Shown: piece by piece, positions 60,219 through 64,000 of the stretch
How the letters are laid out: the number at the start of each line of letters is the position of its first letter
Numbering within the stretch: position 1 is the stretch's first letter
Assembly: GCA_047495785.1 (NCBI GenBank)
Contig: JBLDXI010000015.1
Location: forward strand, 62,001 to 126,000
DNA length: 64,000 nt
Reading direction: 5' to 3'
Source of the DNA: Lepidodermella squamata
Taxonomy: Eukaryota; Animalia; Gastrotricha
The notes under the pieces: model-generated
Databases searched by the model: none
Told to the model about the DNA's origin: nothing
What the model saw: only the letters and a program-made list of their open reading frames with translations
Program-made: the position numbers and the translations under genes

Positions 60219-63200
60219 TCATTTCGGCCGATCCTGCGGCTGTTGGGGGTGCTGCAGGAGGAGCCCGCCGCCGCCGCCACTGCCGCTGCCGCTCGAGTTG
60301 CGCGGCGTCGTCGTGAAAGAATCGGTGACGCCGAGCGTGTCCGTCGGCGGCGACCACACCGGCATGCCGAGCGGCACCAGACTCGCGAACGGGTCGATCT
60401 CGTCCTCGTGGCTCAACTCGGCCGGCCCGGACGCCGACAGCTGCTGCGGAGGTTGTTGCTGTTGCAGCTCATGTTCGACCGGCTGCTGCTGTTCCGAGGT
60501 GGTCAGCGTCTGCATCGGCCTACTGGCGATCATCGAGTTGTCGGCCGATGAAGACGACGCCATCGCCATGAGGCGGCGGTCCATGACCGGGGCGACGAGG
60601 CTCGGGTAGTCGTCGAGGCGCGACACGCCCGGGCCCTTCAGCCGGCCGCTCGTCGTCGTCGACGCGTAGAAGAACGACGGGTCCATGGCGGCGCGGAACG
60701 ACGCCTCCTGCTGCAGCTGCCCGCCTTGCATCAGCGACGCCGGCACCATCATCGAGGAGAGCGCCGCGTGTTGCTGCTGCTGCAGGACCGAGGCGGCGAG
60801 GGCGGCGTCCTGGCGCACCCGGCTCACCACCGACCGCTGCATCTGCCCGCCCGCCGGCCGCCAGCTCGGGTTGGCGAGGGCGAACTGCGCGAGGCTCATC
60901 TCGGCCTTGGCCTCGGGCGGCGCCTGCTGCAGGCCGAACGCCGACTGCTGGCCGGCGCCGGGCTTCGTCGAGCCGTAGCCGAGGCTGCCCGACGCCGCGC
61001 CGTGCTGCGACGTCGACGACGCGTTCGGCGGTGGTTTCTGCGCCACGGCGGGTTCTGGTTTCGAGACTGCTGCGGCAGCAACGGCGGCTGCTTCGACGTC
61101 CATGAGCGCGAACGAGCACACGTCGCCGACGCCGATCACGTCGACGGTGAAGTTGCGCAAAAAGTCGACGATCGGCAGCGCGGCGCTGCGGAACTTGAAC
61201 AGCAGTATGTAGACGGAGACGAACGGCGACATCAGCTCTTCCAGCAGCCACACCGCCTGAAATCAGCAAAGCAAATTTTAGCTTTATCATCTCAAAAATT
61301 GAATCATGGTTGGTTTAGGTGGAAAATTCGAGAATTTTTCGGTCGGCTTTAACCTAGTTCACCCAGCGTTTTTTCGATCAATCTTTGACCGGAAACAAAC
61401 TTCAGAAAGGTCGCATTCGAACTCAAGCGTGTAGTTTTTCTTGCAACTGCAGTCAATATGCATCATAATTATTGGCCAAACAATCAAATTCAATCAAGTT
61501 ATCATTATCATAATTGAACTTAATAGGCGCAGGCTTAATTGAGCGTGTCATTCATTTGCCGCGCTCTGGTGCTTTTCCGAGGACAAATTGATTGAATTGG
61601 ACATTTTTTCACAGTTAATCAGGCACTCGAAAGTCGAACAGATACAAAACGAGAACAAAACAAATTAGAGACTTCAATCAATAGTTGACATTCGCAAACA
61701 AAATGTCACTTCTGTGGAGATGGAAATAATAGTTTGATTTAGCCTCGGTGGTTCGCGACGAAAGTAATTAGAAAAAACAGGGAGCTATCAGCACCTACTA
61801 ATTATTCAACTATTTAAATGACGATTCGATTAAACTGCCATTGCATCGAACTCATTATGTACCCACGGCTAAATTTTGACCGTTTTTGAGACGATTTGGT
61901 CCGATTTCCGACCTTTTTACTTCGTATCATTTTGATTGATTTTTATGGCCCATGTGTAGTTCAAATTGATCCCGGTTATCGACCAAATGAATAATGTTAC
62001 AATCAATCAAACCTTTAACCCCAGTCGGTCATTCAAATTTTAAAACCACCAGAAATTCCGAAAAAAATTGTTACAGAATTACATCTTGTCCTTAAAATTC
62101 TCAAGCACTCTTGCAAAAAACGCAATTCTCGATAACGCAAGAAATTTCAGGTCAAAGATTTCATATTTCCTAGCTTGGCAGCGAAAATAATGCATGAACT
62201 TGTCAGTTCCGAGGCATTGTTTTTAAAATCAAGTCCACAACTAAGTAAACTAAGTAATTTTTCTTACAGTGAACTTGAATACTTATCAATTTTAGTATGG
62301 AAGACCATGAATTTCATATCCGAGCCTGGTAAGAATTGAGTAAAACAAACCTTATACTGAAATAGCGATGCGAATTCGTCTCGAGTATGTCGAGAGTGCG
62401 CTTTCGTCAACCACTCCGAAGGCAAATGACGATAGTGCCGCTGGACCTCCGTCAACAGCATATCTGGCGCATACACCATGTTCTCATCCGGCAGCACCGC
62501 CCCGGCTATGGTCGCAATGAGACCCAGCGCAGTCATGAAAGCCAACATGCCGTCAACGCGCAGAACGTCGTTGTCAATCAGAGTTAGAACTAGCAGAACC
62601 GCTAGGATGGAAGATGCGAAGAAAAGAAGGCCGCGACACGCGATTATGACCAAAGGATGAGGGGCGAATGACGCCATGTAGGACCTGGCATGGTCGTAGG
62701 CCCGCGACAACCTCGCATCCAACTGATGGTCCAGTTCGTTGAACAAACGGCCGTACAACCTGCCGTAGACTGACCACCGCCTCGCCCCTAACCACGTTGG
62801 ATCTTTACGGATCAGCGTTGTATAAGACAGGAACAAATACAGCATCTGCCATATGAAAATGATGGGTAGAAACAAGAGATTGATTGCGCCAAGAACTGCG
62901 GCTCTCTGCCTGAGCTGCGACGCTAGTTTCTCTCGATTCTCCATCCGACGATAATCATCCCTCAAATGCCAATTCGTGTCGAACGGCGAGTAAGGGCCTC
63001 GCCAGAACAACACAATCTCCAGGCATGTCTGAAGCCCTGTTGATACGTAGTAACTCGGCCCTACGCAGGCTATGTTCAATTTGAGAGGTAACAGCGGTTC
63101 AGGACTTCGATAAACCATTGCAGCCATGTAGTTGTTGAACCGCAATATCCTTTGACAAATATCAAGTTCTGTTAACGAAGATTTGTGCACGCATAACTCG

Positions 63201-63799
63201 ACTTCTTGCTGCACTTGAATGATACGTGGAAGAATATCCTTATTCCAAGTCATATCAGGCAATTCAGCATCTTTGATATTCAGCACTTGGATGTAAAACC
63301 GGCCTACTTCCCAGTTCTTCGAGGCTGAATGCACAATTTTCACCAGCCAAAACAGCCAGAAGAACAGCGCAATCGTCACCGAGGCAATCCAGAAGTTAGA
63401 CGTATTCGAAATACATTGATTAAGGGGAACAACTGTATCGGGTATAGAAACTCTTGTATAATGAAACGTATAGGTCCCATTCGTGCCATTCTCGATTTGA
63501 TCCTCGATCCAGTGGAACAACTGCTCGTATTTCACGCAGTTGGACAGATACATCGAAAAGACAACAACAAACATATATTGCATTAGCTTCAGACAGTCTT
63601 CGCATAGAATCGCTAGAAAACCGTGCCGTTGATGATATCTGTAGACGCGTTTAAAAAAATCGTCTAGATCACTAATTTGAGACCATTGCCCCTTGCCGGA
63701 GCGACGCCCGGTCTCCACAAAGACCGGCGGCACATTCTCAGTGCCCAACTCATCATCAGGCGGATGCTCTGGTAAGGCCCAATATCCAGAGCGTGACAT
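60219..63799 (-). CDS. ATG9: Autophagy-related protein 9 (lipid scramblase), 2 exons, ~828 aa
   Basis: Exons 63799-62351 and 61256-60219, phase 0 (FQYK/AVWLLEELMSPF). Motifs: WSQISDLDDFFKRVYRYHQRHGF, LTELDICQRILRFNNY, LGARRWS.YGRLY.RLFNELDHQL.ARL, IVDFLRNFTVDVIGVGDVCSFA, K.EMSL..F...NP.W. Confidence 0.96.
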
Positions 63800-64000
63800 T
63801 CATCTAATTATGTAAAAATAAGCTATATAAGTAAAAAGAGCAGTAAGTTGACAGTAGAAATCTGAAATCGAGGCAATGCATCACTCAATGACTGTGACAG
63901 ACAGCATTCACACGAAACACCAAACTGAACTTGCACCAGTTTGGGCGGAACGTAGACGAACGTAAACAGGTGCAAACAGGTGCTGAAAAACAATGCTCAC

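Overview
Eukaryotic, very likely invertebrate animal, genomic DNA with GT-AG introns (many 51-60 nt), AT-rich long introns and many GC/CpG-rich exons. I assembled spliced models by hand and checked exon phases. Recognisable genes in order: DCAF6 (+), an aminergic class A GPCR (-), a WS/DGAT-family acyltransferase-like gene (+), SMCHD1 (+), PACRG (-; mostly missed by the ORF track), DNAJC12 (+), a two-finger MYT1-like factor (+) and ATG9 (-). Between 49.4 and 58.2 kb lies a cluster of small secreted cysteine-rich genes: four paralogues share an 8-Cys scaffold I do not recognise, and a fifth is unrelated but also CxxxC-rich. Introns hold LINE remnants and MITE-like inverted repeats. Top leads: (1) a candidate spliced-leader (SL) RNA gene at about 47551-47631, together with acceptor-like sites just upstream of several start codons; (2) the 8-Cys secreted family, which shows intron gain/loss and a 1-nt intron shift; (3) key-residue substitutions in SMCHD1 (catalytic E to D), WS/DGAT (H to L) and the GPCR (D2.50 to G); (4) a 21-nt GPCR microexon; (5) abrupt GC/CpG switching within genes. 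Homology calls come from recalled motifs; no database search was run.
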